The notes beneath the pieces are model-generated. The model saw only the letters and a list, made by a program, of their open reading frames with translations. It ran no database searches and was not told the DNA's origin. A DNA stretch of 63,639 nt, counting the filler, from Octopus bimaculoides (taxonomy: Eukaryota): NCBI RefSeq assembly GCF_001194135.2. It is 6 parts of 6 records of this genome, joined end to end, with 100 filler letters (N's around TTAATTAATTAA, not from the genome) between each part and the next. Parts side by side here need not be neighbours in the genome. Positions count along the whole stretch, not along the records: positions 22,128 to 45,985 come from NC_068984.1; 5 more parts are not named here. One strand, written 5' to 3'. Positions within the stretch are counted from its first letter, which is position 1, and each line of letters starts with the position of its first letter. The position numbers were made by a program, and so were the translations under genes. Of this stretch, positions 25,000-37,440 are shown one piece after another.

Positions 25000-26475
25000 T
25001 CTGCATGTGTGTGTGTGTAGTCAAGAGAATTTTTATATAAAGTTTTAAACACATATACACAAGGAAATAAAATTGTATATAAAAGTAAACTCCAATCATT
25101 ATATAAATACTGAAATACTATTATATATGCTGTGTTGTGTTTTAAAAACTCCTCTTTTGAGTGAAATCAAAACAATATATATTTTTTTAAATATTACAGT
25201 ATATGAACAGAGAAAGAAATTAGACCTACATGGGGTGATAAAACAGCTGAATGTGTAAAGAAAATGACATTTCTATTGTTATAATTGTAGCTTAAGATCT
25301 ACATCGATCAAAATGATAACCATATGTAAAAAGAAATGAGTACTCGAAGTGTCATTTAATTAGTTGTTTCTAAAAAAAAAAGTTCTTTATAACATGCTAT
25401 AGGAAACATAACTAAAAATCTTTTTCCTGAAAAAAATACAAATAAATCTTTCATAAAAATTTTGAGTTAAAATTTGTTTTTTAAAATATTTAAGTAATGA
25501 CACTGATAGAAGAAAAAAAAACTTTTAATTGTGGATTATGAAATTTCCTACTGGTCCCTTTTCAACTAAGCATAGTAGGAAACAATGACAAAGAATATCA
25601 TCTGTCAACTAATTATATAAATTAGATGACTCTAATCAGGAAATATATTGAAGGATCTGCTTATTCTTGTAGTAACAATTTACCTAAGTAGTTTACATTT
25701 GATGAACAGGAAGAATATTGCCCCTTTTGCATTTTAAGGCAGCAGCCTGGAAGAATATTGCCCCCTTTCTATTGAATTGGAAGTTGTTTGAAAGAATATT
25801 GCCCCCTTCTGTTTTATGGTAATGATTGTTTCCTTTTGCTACAAGCAGTGAAGGGACTCTTTAACAAAACAGTAAGGGCCCAGTTAGTAATAAAGGCTCA
25901 GTGATGAAGAAGATAAAAACAGAATAAGGTAGTTAGTAAGAACATAATTCACCTTTGTTGAATTTAAAATAATCTTTTGCCATTTCTTAAATAATTTTTT
26001 ACCATCTTTTGTCATTTCTTTAGTTTTGTATAAAGAACATGTATAGATTTTTATCAAACTGGAATTGGTAAACAGCCTAATATGTTTGGTTTAAAGATCT
26101 AATATGAGAAGAATAAATAGATAATTCTAGACAATGTTAAACAAAAACAAAAAAGAAAAATTTAAAAAATGAGAGACAGACAGAAATTAAGCATTTTGTA
26201 TGAAATGGACAAAAAATTGGAAATGATTTGAGAAAATATGAAATGTTGGTGCAGAATCAAAAACCATGTTCACTTTATGAGATAAGAAACATGAAAGGAA
26301 TGGAAAGTTGTCACCCAGACAAATAGAAAGAATAACAAAGAGAAAATATATGATAGAATGAAATAAATATTTTTAAGCAAGTTGAAAAATAAAAAGGAAA
26401 AAATATTAAAATTTGCTTACATTTGAATAAATTGTCTTTTATATGATTGACTTTTCTTTTTTTAATGATGGATAC

Positions 26476-26538
26476 CTGTTGCTACAGGCAAAAGGTAATG
26501 AATGAAGCACGTTCTCAACAGTAGTTTATCTATCTCCA
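26476..26538 (-). CDS. Candidate internal exon (63 nt, phase 1-1)
   Basis: ctccag|TG GAG ATA..ACA G|gtatc gives (M)EIDKLLLRTCFIHYLLPVAT. Phase-compatible with both neighbouring candidate exons. Confidence 0.35.
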
Positions 26539-26685
26539 CTGGAGTTTAGCTCTGTTTAGTGAAAGGCACTAAGAGCATTAACAAGCGAGAGAGACTGTTG
26601 AGAAGGAATATTGAGGGGTTCAACAGAAAGATGTGGAGAAGATTTTGCTGAAGCAAGGGTGGGGAGATAGAAATTATTTACTTAC

Positions 26686-26811
26686 TTTCCCAGTAGCCAG
26701 TTATAATGCTCCTTTCAATAAGGTTTCTCAAAGAGCTCCAAATAGCATCCACAGAGGGAAGCATGAACAATTCTGTGTAGTTCAGAAGAGTACAGTGGCA
26801 GGCAGCAGATT
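26686..26811 (-). CDS. Candidate internal exon (126 nt, phase 1-1)
   Basis: ctctctag|..GGAAA|gtaag, a strong donor. Reads SAACHCTLLNYTELFMLPSVDAIWSSLRNLIERSIITGYWE. Confidence 0.4.
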
Positions 26812-27359
26812 CTAGAGAGTAGCAGCAGCAGTAGTAGCAGAATTAAGAAAAGAGAGAAGAAAAGAAATACCTAGGGAAAAAGAGAAAGTTTGGGATAGTG
26901 CAAGAGAGAGAAGAGATGAGCAAGGAAAAGGAAGAATGAAGAGAAGTAGATGGAGTGAAAGGAGGAGAAGAATCTTCAAGTAACAGCTGCCTTGAATAGC
27001 AATAATGATGGTAGTAGTGACAGTAGTAACGATGGTTGGTTGTGATAATGATAGTAGTGGGATAATACACGGATGTGAGTGCTGATGATTACATGGCCAT
27101 GGAGAAGGAATACTCTGATGCTAGTTGTAGAAGCAGTAATACTAAGATAACTGTCCAGCTTATGGACATTTATTAAGTATGCTGGTATTTTACCAGCTTA
27201 TGTTTATTAAGACCTACAATAAATTACAATACTTTAATGTTTGTGTCAATCCTTTCTTTAGCTTTGAATACACACCACTATACTAGAATTCACCAAAATC
27301 ACTCAAAATCACATGTATTTTATTAGATTATGGCGAGTCAACATCACTGATCTACATAC

Positions 27360-27463
27360 ATCCCAACAAGTGAATGTAATTTGTCTTAATGTTTCTTATA
27401 GAGGTATGAGAATCTGAGATATTCATACAAGGAAATTGCAAAGTTGCAACATTACCCATGGCT
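27360..27463 (-). CDS. Candidate internal exon (phase 2-1)
   Basis: catcttcag|..GGAT|gtatgt. Reads AMGNVATLQFPCMNISDSHTSIRNIKTNYIHLLG. Confidence 0.3.
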
Positions 27464-27683
27464 CTGAAGATGCAAATTAAGCAAGACATGTCCAACTGGA
27501 AATTGAAACTTAGATTTTGGAATCAGCTTGTTAAGATCTTATAATCTTACTATAAGGTGAAGAATAACTTTACATCAGCATTTTCATAAGTAAAGCTTTT
27601 ATTAAAGCTCTCATCAGGACACATTACACACAACCATATCCAGCTCCACCAACCCAACTCACCTCAATGATTATTACTTTCAC

Positions 27684-27764
27684 TTATCAAAATTATTAAT
27701 TATTCTAATTAGCAATTGTTGTAAATACTTGCAATGAAAGTTTTCAAAGACATGCAGTTCACCA
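27684..27764 (-). CDS. Candidate internal exon (81 nt, phase 2-2)
   Basis: ttttcttcag|..GATAA|gtgaaa. Reads GELHVFENFHCKYLQQLLIRIINNFD. Confidence 0.35.
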
Positions 27765-27789
27765 CTGAAGAAAATTTCCACAATTTTAA

Positions 27790-28311
27790 CCCTTTAACAT
27801 TTAATCCAGCCATATCTGGCCCAAATATTCTACCCATTTTATGTTAAAACTGACCAAATCCAACTTCTCACACCTTCCCTACAATGTCATTCTCAAAACA
27901 TACAAACACATCATTAAAATATTGAAGCTACAAAATAATGTGAGATTAATTCAACGCAATGTGAATAAAATAAGCAATACATTTGACAAAAAAAGTCAGA
28001 GTGCTAAAGAGTTCATATTCTAACCATATTGACACCAACCCAACAGAGACCATCTCTGATTCAATGATGCAAAAACTTCCAGCTTTAACCGTTTAGCATT
28101 CACATTATTCTGTCAAAAAGTAATGCTTATTTATTCACATTGCTTTGAATTAATTGTACATTATTTCATAGCTTTGAGATTTTGATGATGTGACTTTTTT
28201 TATTTTTAGAATAATTTTGTAGGATAAGTGTGAGAGACTGGATCGGGCCAGTTTAAAAATAAGGCAGAGAGAATATTTTGGTCGGATACAGCCAGTTTAA
28301 ATGCTAAAGGG
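27790..28311. mobile_element. piggyBac-type MITE (partial sibling at ~28505-28712)
   Basis: TTAA|CCCTTTAACATTTAA ... TTAAATGCTAAAGGG|TTAA. Confidence 0.85.
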
Positions 28312-28949
28312 TTAACCTGTTCATAATTAAATTAAAACTTATAATTTAATGTAATAACCTCTTCATAAGTCATGTTCTTATAACTGGCTTAACAAAAAAT
28401 GTAACTTATTTTAATAAACCTTTCCAAATTTACTATCATTTTCAAAATTAATTAAAATGTAGGCAATGTATTTTATTTGAAATATAATCACAAAAGTGCT
28501 TTAATATTTAAACCAGCCATATCTGGCCCAGGTATTCAATTTTATGTTCCAACTTGCCAGATCTCACTTCTTACACTTACCCTACAATGTCATTCTTATA
28601 ATATACAATCATATCATTGAAATTTAAGAGCTACAAGTAAGGGATGAATATTCAAAATAATGTGAGTTAATAAGCATTACATTTGATTGAGTAATCTGAA
28701 TGCTAAAAGGTTAAAGAAGTTTTTGGTAAAGTTAGTAAGTCTTTGCAGCTAGACTTATTAGATTTAGGAAGGTGGTTTTGTCAAATCTTCAGATTTAAAA
28801 ACTGTATTTAATTGTCAGCAATTATTCTTGATTATTATCATTTTGCTATTACACATTATAACACCATTTTTACTATCTCTTTTTCCTTTCCATCATTTTT
28901 ACACTTAATGCAAACAAAATTGTATACATTTATATTCTTTAAGAACTAA

Positions 28950-29480
28950 ACTGGGCACATCTGTACACATCCACACTATCTGATACCTTAAATGTTTCCA
29001 ACTTTACACTCAAATGTCTCATCAGTATACATCTGCACATTCTAATAGCTTATCTATGTACATACACACCATGTAATGCCTTAACTATTAACATCTATAC
29101 ATTCTGATGGTTGTCTGTACATGTCTATATATTTTAATACCTTATTTGTATATATCCACACTAATTAATATCTTTTTAGTACACATCTACACATGCTGAA
29201 GTCTTATCTGTACATATCTATATGCTCTAATTTATCTGTACAGATCTGTACAATCTAATGCTTTATATGTACACAGTTACACCATGTAATGCCTTATCTG
29301 TACACATTTACATCAGCTAATGCCTTCATATAATGCCATATCTCCACACATCTAAACACTAACAGATTATCTGTACATAACTATTCCATAATTGTCTTAC
29401 CTGTACACTTTGATATTATGCAATATCACTTTACCTGCGAAACATCTATACACTCTTAATGTCATATTGGTACAGATGTA
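28950..29480. repeat. Degenerate ~28-bp tandem minisatellite
   Basis: Recurring units like TAATGCCTTATCTGTACACATCTACAC. Confidence 0.7.
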
Positions 29481-29798
29481 AACACTGTAAAATTCAGACT
29501 CATTCAGATTGAACATAAATACACAGAGAAATAGATATTAAGTTGATGATTAATCATATAGAATTTAATTTCATGATAATATTAAGAATTTATATATATA
29601 TATTTGTATTTATTTTACCATATGTATCTTGCCAAGTGTCTCTATGGAACAGAAATGTTGAGAATGTACAAAGCAATGGAAAAGAGAAAGAGGACAGATG
29701 ACTTTGAAATATGAATCTTTTGTACATTGGGTAGAATAAGCTAGAAAGACAGGTTCATAAATGCTGCAGTACTAGAAAAGCTGAAAATCCAAAGACAC

Positions 29799-29985
29799 CT
29801 ATTTTTGAGAATCAAATCCACAAAGCTATCATATTTTGGACAGATGATGCACCATGAGTCATTGTAGCCCAACCATCCTGACAGGAATTGTGAAAGGGAA
29901 GAGAGCAGGATATGTATCAAAGACATCAAAGAATGAACCAGAAACAAGATCCTGGATAACTCCATGCAGCACAACACAGAAGGAA
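29799..29985 (-). CDS. Candidate internal exon (alternative start at 29877)
   Basis: Open frame PSVLCCMELSRILFLVHSLMSLIHILLSSLSQFLSGWLGYNDSWCIICPKYDSFVDLILKN. Donor AATAG|gtgtct is phase-compatible with the 27764 exon. Confidence 0.35.
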
Positions 29986-31402
29986 CTGCAGAGTCTTAGC
30001 AAGTCAACCCCTGAATATAGGGAGGGTACCAGGTTGATGATGTATTTTGCATTTTGAAACGATACATTATATCCCTGTGCATTGTCAGAAGTGACTTACA
30101 GGGTTGGCAACTAGTAGGGAATCTTGTTATAAAATACTTGCTCAAAAAAACCCATCCAACTCATCTCTGCACAGAAAAGCAAACATAAATTGCTGTAGTT
30201 GGGGATGATGATGTATACTTATTGCCAAAGTCTGCTCTATAAAATAACTACTATATATTGACTCATTCATTAGGCAGACAATCTTAAGGATAACTTAAAG
30301 TTTGCATAGAAAATAGAAGACGTTCAAAATTATGCATGTATCACTGTACCTTTATAAAATTTATTCTACCTCTATAACTGTGTCTGCCTCTCTCTTACTC
30401 CCTGCCTCACTCACTCTCTCAATATAAAACAACTGCATTTCTCCAGTTTTATATAAAGTTACCAACATACAAGAAAATTTATCAAGTAGAAGCAAATTTT
30501 AACTTTTGTTTATTCAAATCACCAGGATCAACTTTCTCCTGTCATCCTCAGCATCCACTTCTTCACTCTCCTCATCATCATGCTCTTCTTCTTCTCCCTC
30601 TTCCTCCCTCTCCTATTCCTCTCCATCTTCCTTTTCATTATTCTCCTCCTTTGTCATTCTCTCAACATTCTCTTCCTCTTCATCCCCAACATTGTCATTC
30701 TCCTCAATATCTTTCTTCATCCTCCTTTTTCCCTCCTTTTTCTCTACTACAACAACCTCTTTCAGCTTAACATTGAACCTCTCTCCTCCTCCTCCACCCC
30801 ATTCTTCATCATCATCATCACCATCATTTTAACTTGTTGCTGACAGCCCTAAGTCAACCTTTACCAAGCAGACATCTAAGATCAATTATTCCACCCACCT
30901 TCCTCTCCTTTTGATAATACAATCATGATTTGAGGGTGATATGATGACTAGTCCCAACATGTCAAGTGACCAGGTAGCTGCTCCCTTATTGACATGTGTA
31001 TCATTTTATCTATTTCTTTTAGTTGCTTCAGGCATTGAACTATTGCCATGCAACACTGCACTGAAGGATTTCGTGAAACAAATCAACCCCAGTTCTTTGC
31101 CAAACCACTGGGTAATAGATAAGCCAATACTGATTGTCAAGTGCTGGTGGTGGAGAGAATAAACGTGTGTAACATGACTGTCACTACTACTACATACACC
31201 TGATGAATGCAGAATGCATGAAAGTACTAGTTTTATCACAATAGATACATATAATATTCTATTATTATAATATTGTAAAATTGTAATTAATAAAACATCA
31301 AAATCAGACTAGGATGGAATTTCATTGATTAATATATTCTTCTATTCACAATCACACAAACTTGGATATCTATATGCATGTATATATGTATGTGTATATA
31401 TA

Positions 31403-31772
31403 GGCGCAGGAGTGGCTGTGTAGTAAATAGCTTGCTTACCAACCACATGGTTCCGGGTTTAGTCCCACTTCATGGCACCTTGGGCAAGTGTCTTCTACTA
31501 TAGCCTTGGGCCGATCAAAGCCTTGTGAGTGGATTTGGTAGACAGAAACTGAAAGAAGCCCATCGTATACATATATATGTATGTGTGTGTCCCCCAACAT
31601 TGCTTGACAACCGATGCTGGTGTGTTTACGTCCCTGTAACTTAGCAGTTCGGCCAAAAAGACCAACAGAATAAGTTCTAAGCTTACACAGAATAAGTCCT
31701 GGGGTCGATTTTCTTGACTAAAGGCGGTGCTCCAGCATGGTCACAGTCAAAATGACTGAAACAAGTAAAAGA
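31403..31772 (+). mobile_element. Full-length SINE family B
   Basis: Complete from GGCGCAGGAGTGG to ..GAAACAAGTAAAAGA. Confidence 0.9.
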
Positions 31773-32109
31773 GAGTATATGTATATACATATATAGAGTA
31801 TATATATATATACATATATATATAGAGAGAGAGAATGTGCATGTGAGAGAGAGATAGCATCATCATCATCATCATCATTGTTTAACACCCACTTTCCATG
31901 CTGGCATGGGTTGGATGGTTTTACATAGAGCTGGCTAGCAGGGAGCTGTCCAGACTCCAATTGTCTGTCTTGGTATGGTTTCTATGGCTGGATGCCCTTC
32001 CTAATGATATATATATATGTTGCATAGGCATTGCAAGACCAATAATCCAATGTAGAACTCAATATATGTAAGCTTCAAAACAAAGTGTTGGCTGAGTATA
32101 GAGCAGTAA

Positions 32110-32365
32110 TAAGAAAGAGAGATGACAAAGGAATAAATGATTATCTTATAAACTTCATTAGCTTACAGCTGTTTCTGCTGCAAGATGTAGTGAACTCATA
32201 TTTAAGTACCTGAATAACATCCTATAGTTTCATCAAAGCCTTGAATATGAAGTACAAATTTTCAGGTGCTCAACTATGAGTCCACTGCATCTTATAGCAG
32301 AAACAGCTGTAAGCTAATGAAGTTGATAAGATGATCATTTATCCTTTTGTCATCTCTCTTTCTTA
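32110..32365. repeat. Palindromic (foldback) repeat with ~108-bp arms
   Basis: TAAGAAAGAGAGATGACAAAGG..CTTCATTAGCTTACAGCTGTTTCTGCT is mirrored by AGCAGAAACAGCTGTAAGCTAATGAAG..CCTTTTGTCATCTCTCTTTCTTA. Confidence 0.9.
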
Positions 32366-32785
32366 CATATATATATATGTTAGCCAACAGATAAGATACA
32401 GAGTTGCTCAATATAGAAAACACTTAGTAACACTCAAATGGTTTGAACATACACTCCGAAGTATTTTCTAAGGACTAAGTCCATGGGGTAAAGAGCAGCT
32501 ATAAGAGGAATCCAGTTGAGCAGATATGGAGATAATGATGCAAATAAACAAATAAAACTGGATATATAAAATATACCTACATATATATGTATATATACAC
32601 ACACACACACACGCAAACATACACACACACATAAAATGGGCTTCCATACAGTTTCTGTCCGCTAAATTCACTCCCAAAGCAATGGTCAACCCAGGGTTAT
32701 AGTAGAAGATGCTTGTCTACAGTGCCATACACAGTGGGACTGAATCCTAAATCACAAGCAAGCTTCTCAACCACACCATCATACC

Positions 32786-32825
<40 letters not shown>

Positions 32826-32834
32826 CAAACATAC

Positions 32835-32894
<60 letters not shown>

Positions 32895-34764
32895 TCAAAG
32901 TACCCATTATGCTCCTGGAAGGGCATCCAGCTGTAAAATCCTTGCCAAATCAGACTGGTACCTGGTCCAGCTCTCCGGCTCAACAGCTCCAGTCAGACCA
33001 TCTAACCCATGCTAGCATGGAGAGTGAATGCTAAATGATGATGATGGTGATGATTGTGAGTTCTAGTGTTGCAGCCATGCTGCCTGCACTCATGTTAATT
33101 TGTCTGTGTTGTTAGAAAATGTAAATGTAAGCAAAATAGCCTCAACCACTCTTAAATGACATTTAATTCTTTCATCCTACTTTTTTGACAGCTTATTTTC
33201 ATCCTTCACATACAAGCATGCAAGCAAACATGCATACAAATACATTCATGTGCAGACTCATACTTCCACATGTATATGTATGTATATCAGAATAATATAA
33301 CACAAGAATGGAGGATATCAGGCTTTAATAGTAGATCACAACATTTGTTTCTGCACTGCACACCAGTTTTAAGTTGCTGAGTTTATATTCATATACTATT
33401 ATACAAAATTATTCCTTATAATTACTTTATAGTTGAATATTTTTAAGCAACAAACATGTGTGGGCACTTCATTGAGTGGAATGTATATATGTATGTACAC
33501 ATATACACTCATATACACATACATATAAATACATGCACACATACACGCAATAATACGCCCATCACTCCGTGGAGGGAGTTAGTGAGTATATATTTTCATG
33601 TATATCTATTATGATAGGTACACTGGACTATGTAACAACTAATTTGCGTAAAAGTTTGAAAATGCTGTGGTTTTCCCATGAAAGAACAAAGTAAACTGAT
33701 TCACATTTTCCATATTCAATCAATTAGTGGTACTGTGAAGTTTTGTAAAGCATTCCAAAGACTTTCTATTTGAGTTTCCTGAAATGAACGCTGTGCCATA
33801 TGTATACTATTACATGTACATATGGTATATACATACTTATATAAAGAGCGGTCATATACATACATGCTCATATAATTAATGTGGTATGTTGTCATATATT
33901 CACAATTACCGAGAACTGTATTGACTCAGACATACATAAATATATACACATACAGATGACAACCTAGTTAACATTGTCTAAATCACAATGCAAAAGTCCT
34001 ATCTTTTAGTTGAAGACTGGCCCCAATAATAATATTGGGGGAGAAATTCGAAAAATTAAACCAGAAAAAGATATACACACACAAACATACATACTGAAAA
34101 GTCTTCATCCATAGCGTCAGACTCACCAATACTTTACAAATGAAATTTGGTAGTCAGAAGCTGTACAAAGCCTTATCTGTCTGTCTGTGTATATGTAAGA
34201 AATGACTTTTTGCAATCAGAATTTTAATTCTTCCAAGATGTGGATGACCATGGTTAATCACCTGAAAATAAAAGCAACTTGTCTAACCCACAGATGGTTA
34301 ACAGCATTTGCTAAGGTTTCATCTTGCAGTGGATTGACAACTGCTGAATAGAATCTCACCATTGCCACTGTGCTGAGCTTATGATCAAAAGTGTTCCACC
34401 TTTGGCTATCCCATCTATTGCTTTTTTTTTTTTTTTGAGCACCGTAATAGTGTTATTAAAGCATCAGATATATTTTTTTAATTTTCTTTATCTCAAATCA
34501 CATCCCACTGACTTATAAAAGGGACTGCATTAGATATATTAGAGCAGTCACTCACACACAGAGTCGACTTGATAGTATATACCAGGCTTTCATAATTTCT
34601 TTTAGGTGCCCATCTAGATAGTTACCAGACACATCCAGACACTTTCTTGGCTTTACCACTCTTGAGCTAGCTGTGAAGGCATTGCCAATGACTGTTTACA
34701 GAGCCTCCAAGACTTGTAAGAAGAAGGGTGTATGTGCTTTTGTTGTTCAACTTTAAAAAAAAAA

Positions 34765-34804
<40 letters not shown>

Positions 34805-37440
34805 CACAGAAGTATGCCAACAAAAGATTAGAAAACAGAAAAAAACATGTCCTTTACAAACAAGTTTCTGGAAATATTTGTTCTGCATTGATTACAACTG
34901 ATCCTTTACAATCCTAACCCTAACCCTTAAAACTGGAGGCCTTGCCCAAACACTTGCAACAGAGTAAAATCCACTATATAATACCCAGCAGATTAAGTCT
35001 TAAGTCTACCATCTAAATAGGTTGTGGCAAGATTTGAACTCAAAATACAAAAAAAAAAAAAGTATTGTAAGACATCTAATCCAACATTCTTACAGTTCTA
35101 CCCTGGATTAGTACTTCTTTTTGAACATTAAAATGATGAAAGAGAAAGTTCACCTCAGTGAGATTTTGAACTCACTGCACAGAAACTCCAAACAATAACT
35201 GCAAGGCATTCTGTCCAATGCTTAAACAATTCTAACAGTTCCTGGCTAGAATGAATTGTGATATTTGTTCTGGTTGTCTACACTCTGAGTTCAAATTTTG
35301 TCATGGTCTACAATAACTTTCATCCTTTCAGAGTCAATAAATAAAGTATTGTCCCAGTGCTGGTGTAGCCTCTTTTTCTCCAGTCGTTAAATCCTAAATA
35401 TTCAGCTGATTCAAGAGTGAGAGGGCCAAGAGTGTGCCTGGATTTGCTGCTAACTAAATGGGCACCTAAAAAAATTAATGAAAGGTTGGTATATGCTACC
35501 AATATCACATTTATCTGTGAGTGACAATGGTATATTTAATGCAGTCTCTTCTATAAGTCAGTAGGATGTGAGTTAAGATAATCTTAGCTATTATTTTTAC
35601 CAGATCAAGTGGTCATGTAGAGGATCTCTTACTGGCTCATATTGTTGCATGTCAGCACTAAAAATCTGATGCATGCTGAATTCATTTTTTTTTTTTTTTT
35701 TCAGTACTACTCTACTCAGCTATGAATAAATAAACGAAAATTACCTAGTGATGTCATCTGCATAAAAAAACAACAATCATATGTCTTTCCTCACTATCAT
35801 CCATACATACAGGCATGTCCTTTCGGGCCATGACCCCACTCCCTCTCCCAGCTGAGAAGTTTTTGTTTTGCAGGTGCTAGTGCCACATAAAATGCACTTG
35901 TGCCAGTACCATGAAAATGCACCCATGCCAAAACAGACAATTGGAGCCTGGACAGCTCCTGTCAAATCATCCAACCCATGCCAACATGGAAAACAGATGT
36001 TAAATGATGATGATGATGATGATGACAACTACTACAATATGATTGAACAAACTTGACTGAATGAACTGGACAAAATAATGGAGGTAAAGCCTCACTGAAA
36101 ATCAAAAGTGGTGGTGGTGGGTGTTGTTGTTTTAGTTTGCTGTTTAGTCTCAGATCAGCCTTATGGAATAGATTGGAGGCATCACAGCTATGACTATTCC
36201 ATCATTTTGTATATCAGAAACAACATTGTCCAAGGTATTTACGTTTTTTTTTTTTTAAGCTGATGAAATGTAATTTGAGGGAAATTTGCCTACTTTTTCT
36301 AGAAGGTTGAATGACCACATACAGGCTAATTTGTTGGCTTAACTCGCTTATATGAAAAGCTTTCTTCTTTCTGGTCTTTCTTGCAGCCAGAAGAACCAAA
36401 TATCATGAACTATACTGATGAAAGTGAGATGTTAGGAAAAGATGAAGATCCTGATATCAGAGAATCCCAGGAATTCCATGCGCAATGATTAGGCTCACAC
36501 TCAGTCCAGTGCAATCATCAGTAGTTAATTTTGATTGGAAACTTACCATCATTGTCATCATCATCATTGCTTTGTGCCCATTTTTCTCTGCTGTCATGGG
36601 TTATACAATCTATTTCCAGCATAGTATCTTGCCACTTGTTGTACTCCTTAGTCATCTGATTCACACAATAGTTGAATGAAGCAGCCAACTTTTGGTGTTA
36701 CTGATAGAAAAGTAAAGAATTTTATTGGAGTGCTTGTGGCATTTTTTCTCGGATACAATTCTATGGGCAGGGAAGTTGCCAAATGCTATGACTGTAGAAT
36801 ATTTCATGCTCGGTTCCCTTTAGACAATCCAATAATTATTTTATTGATTCTAGTAAAAACCTACATGGAACTGAAACTACTGAAGCATGTTTGTCAAATA
36901 TAAGCTAGAAGCTAAACTGTTTCTGTAATAGTCTTGCTAGTTCCGTTGTTGACAGATGAGAATGTCAACAGTTCTGGATTCCTTTCAAATACAGTAGAGA
37001 CTATATAAACAATGAAAGGTTTGCCAATGGCATCTGTGACTGAAGAACAACAACGTGGTATAAATTGAATCATTTTGTCATACACTGGTTTTCTAAAAGA
37101 ATGATTGCAAAAGAATAGTTGTTGCCCTGGTCGTTGTACTTTAACCCCAAATCTGTCCTGATCAAGCAAAGTTATGATTACAAGCATTCCAGCCATGACC
37201 ATCCCATTTTTTTGTATATCAAGGACTTTTCTGCCCAATGTGTCCCTATATATTTAAGGCAGTAGGCTGTGATTGACAGGAGATTTGGCCACTATTTCTA
37301 GCAGGCTGAGTGACTACATAATGGTTTCCTCATTGATTTATCCAAAAGAATGCTTTAACCTCATGCTTCCAAATGTTGTTTACCTTACTAAGAACACATT
37401 ATGAGCATGTCTATCTACATCCTTGTAATACAAAAGGAAA

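Noticed and set aside
28950-29480. CRISPR-like array
   Set aside because: Eukaryotic context, contiguous degenerate units without unique spacers, and no cas genes.
26714-32557. Multi-pass membrane protein interpretation of the candidate exons
   Set aside because: T-rich sense-strand DNA yields F/L/I/V codons by chance, and no family motif is recognisable.
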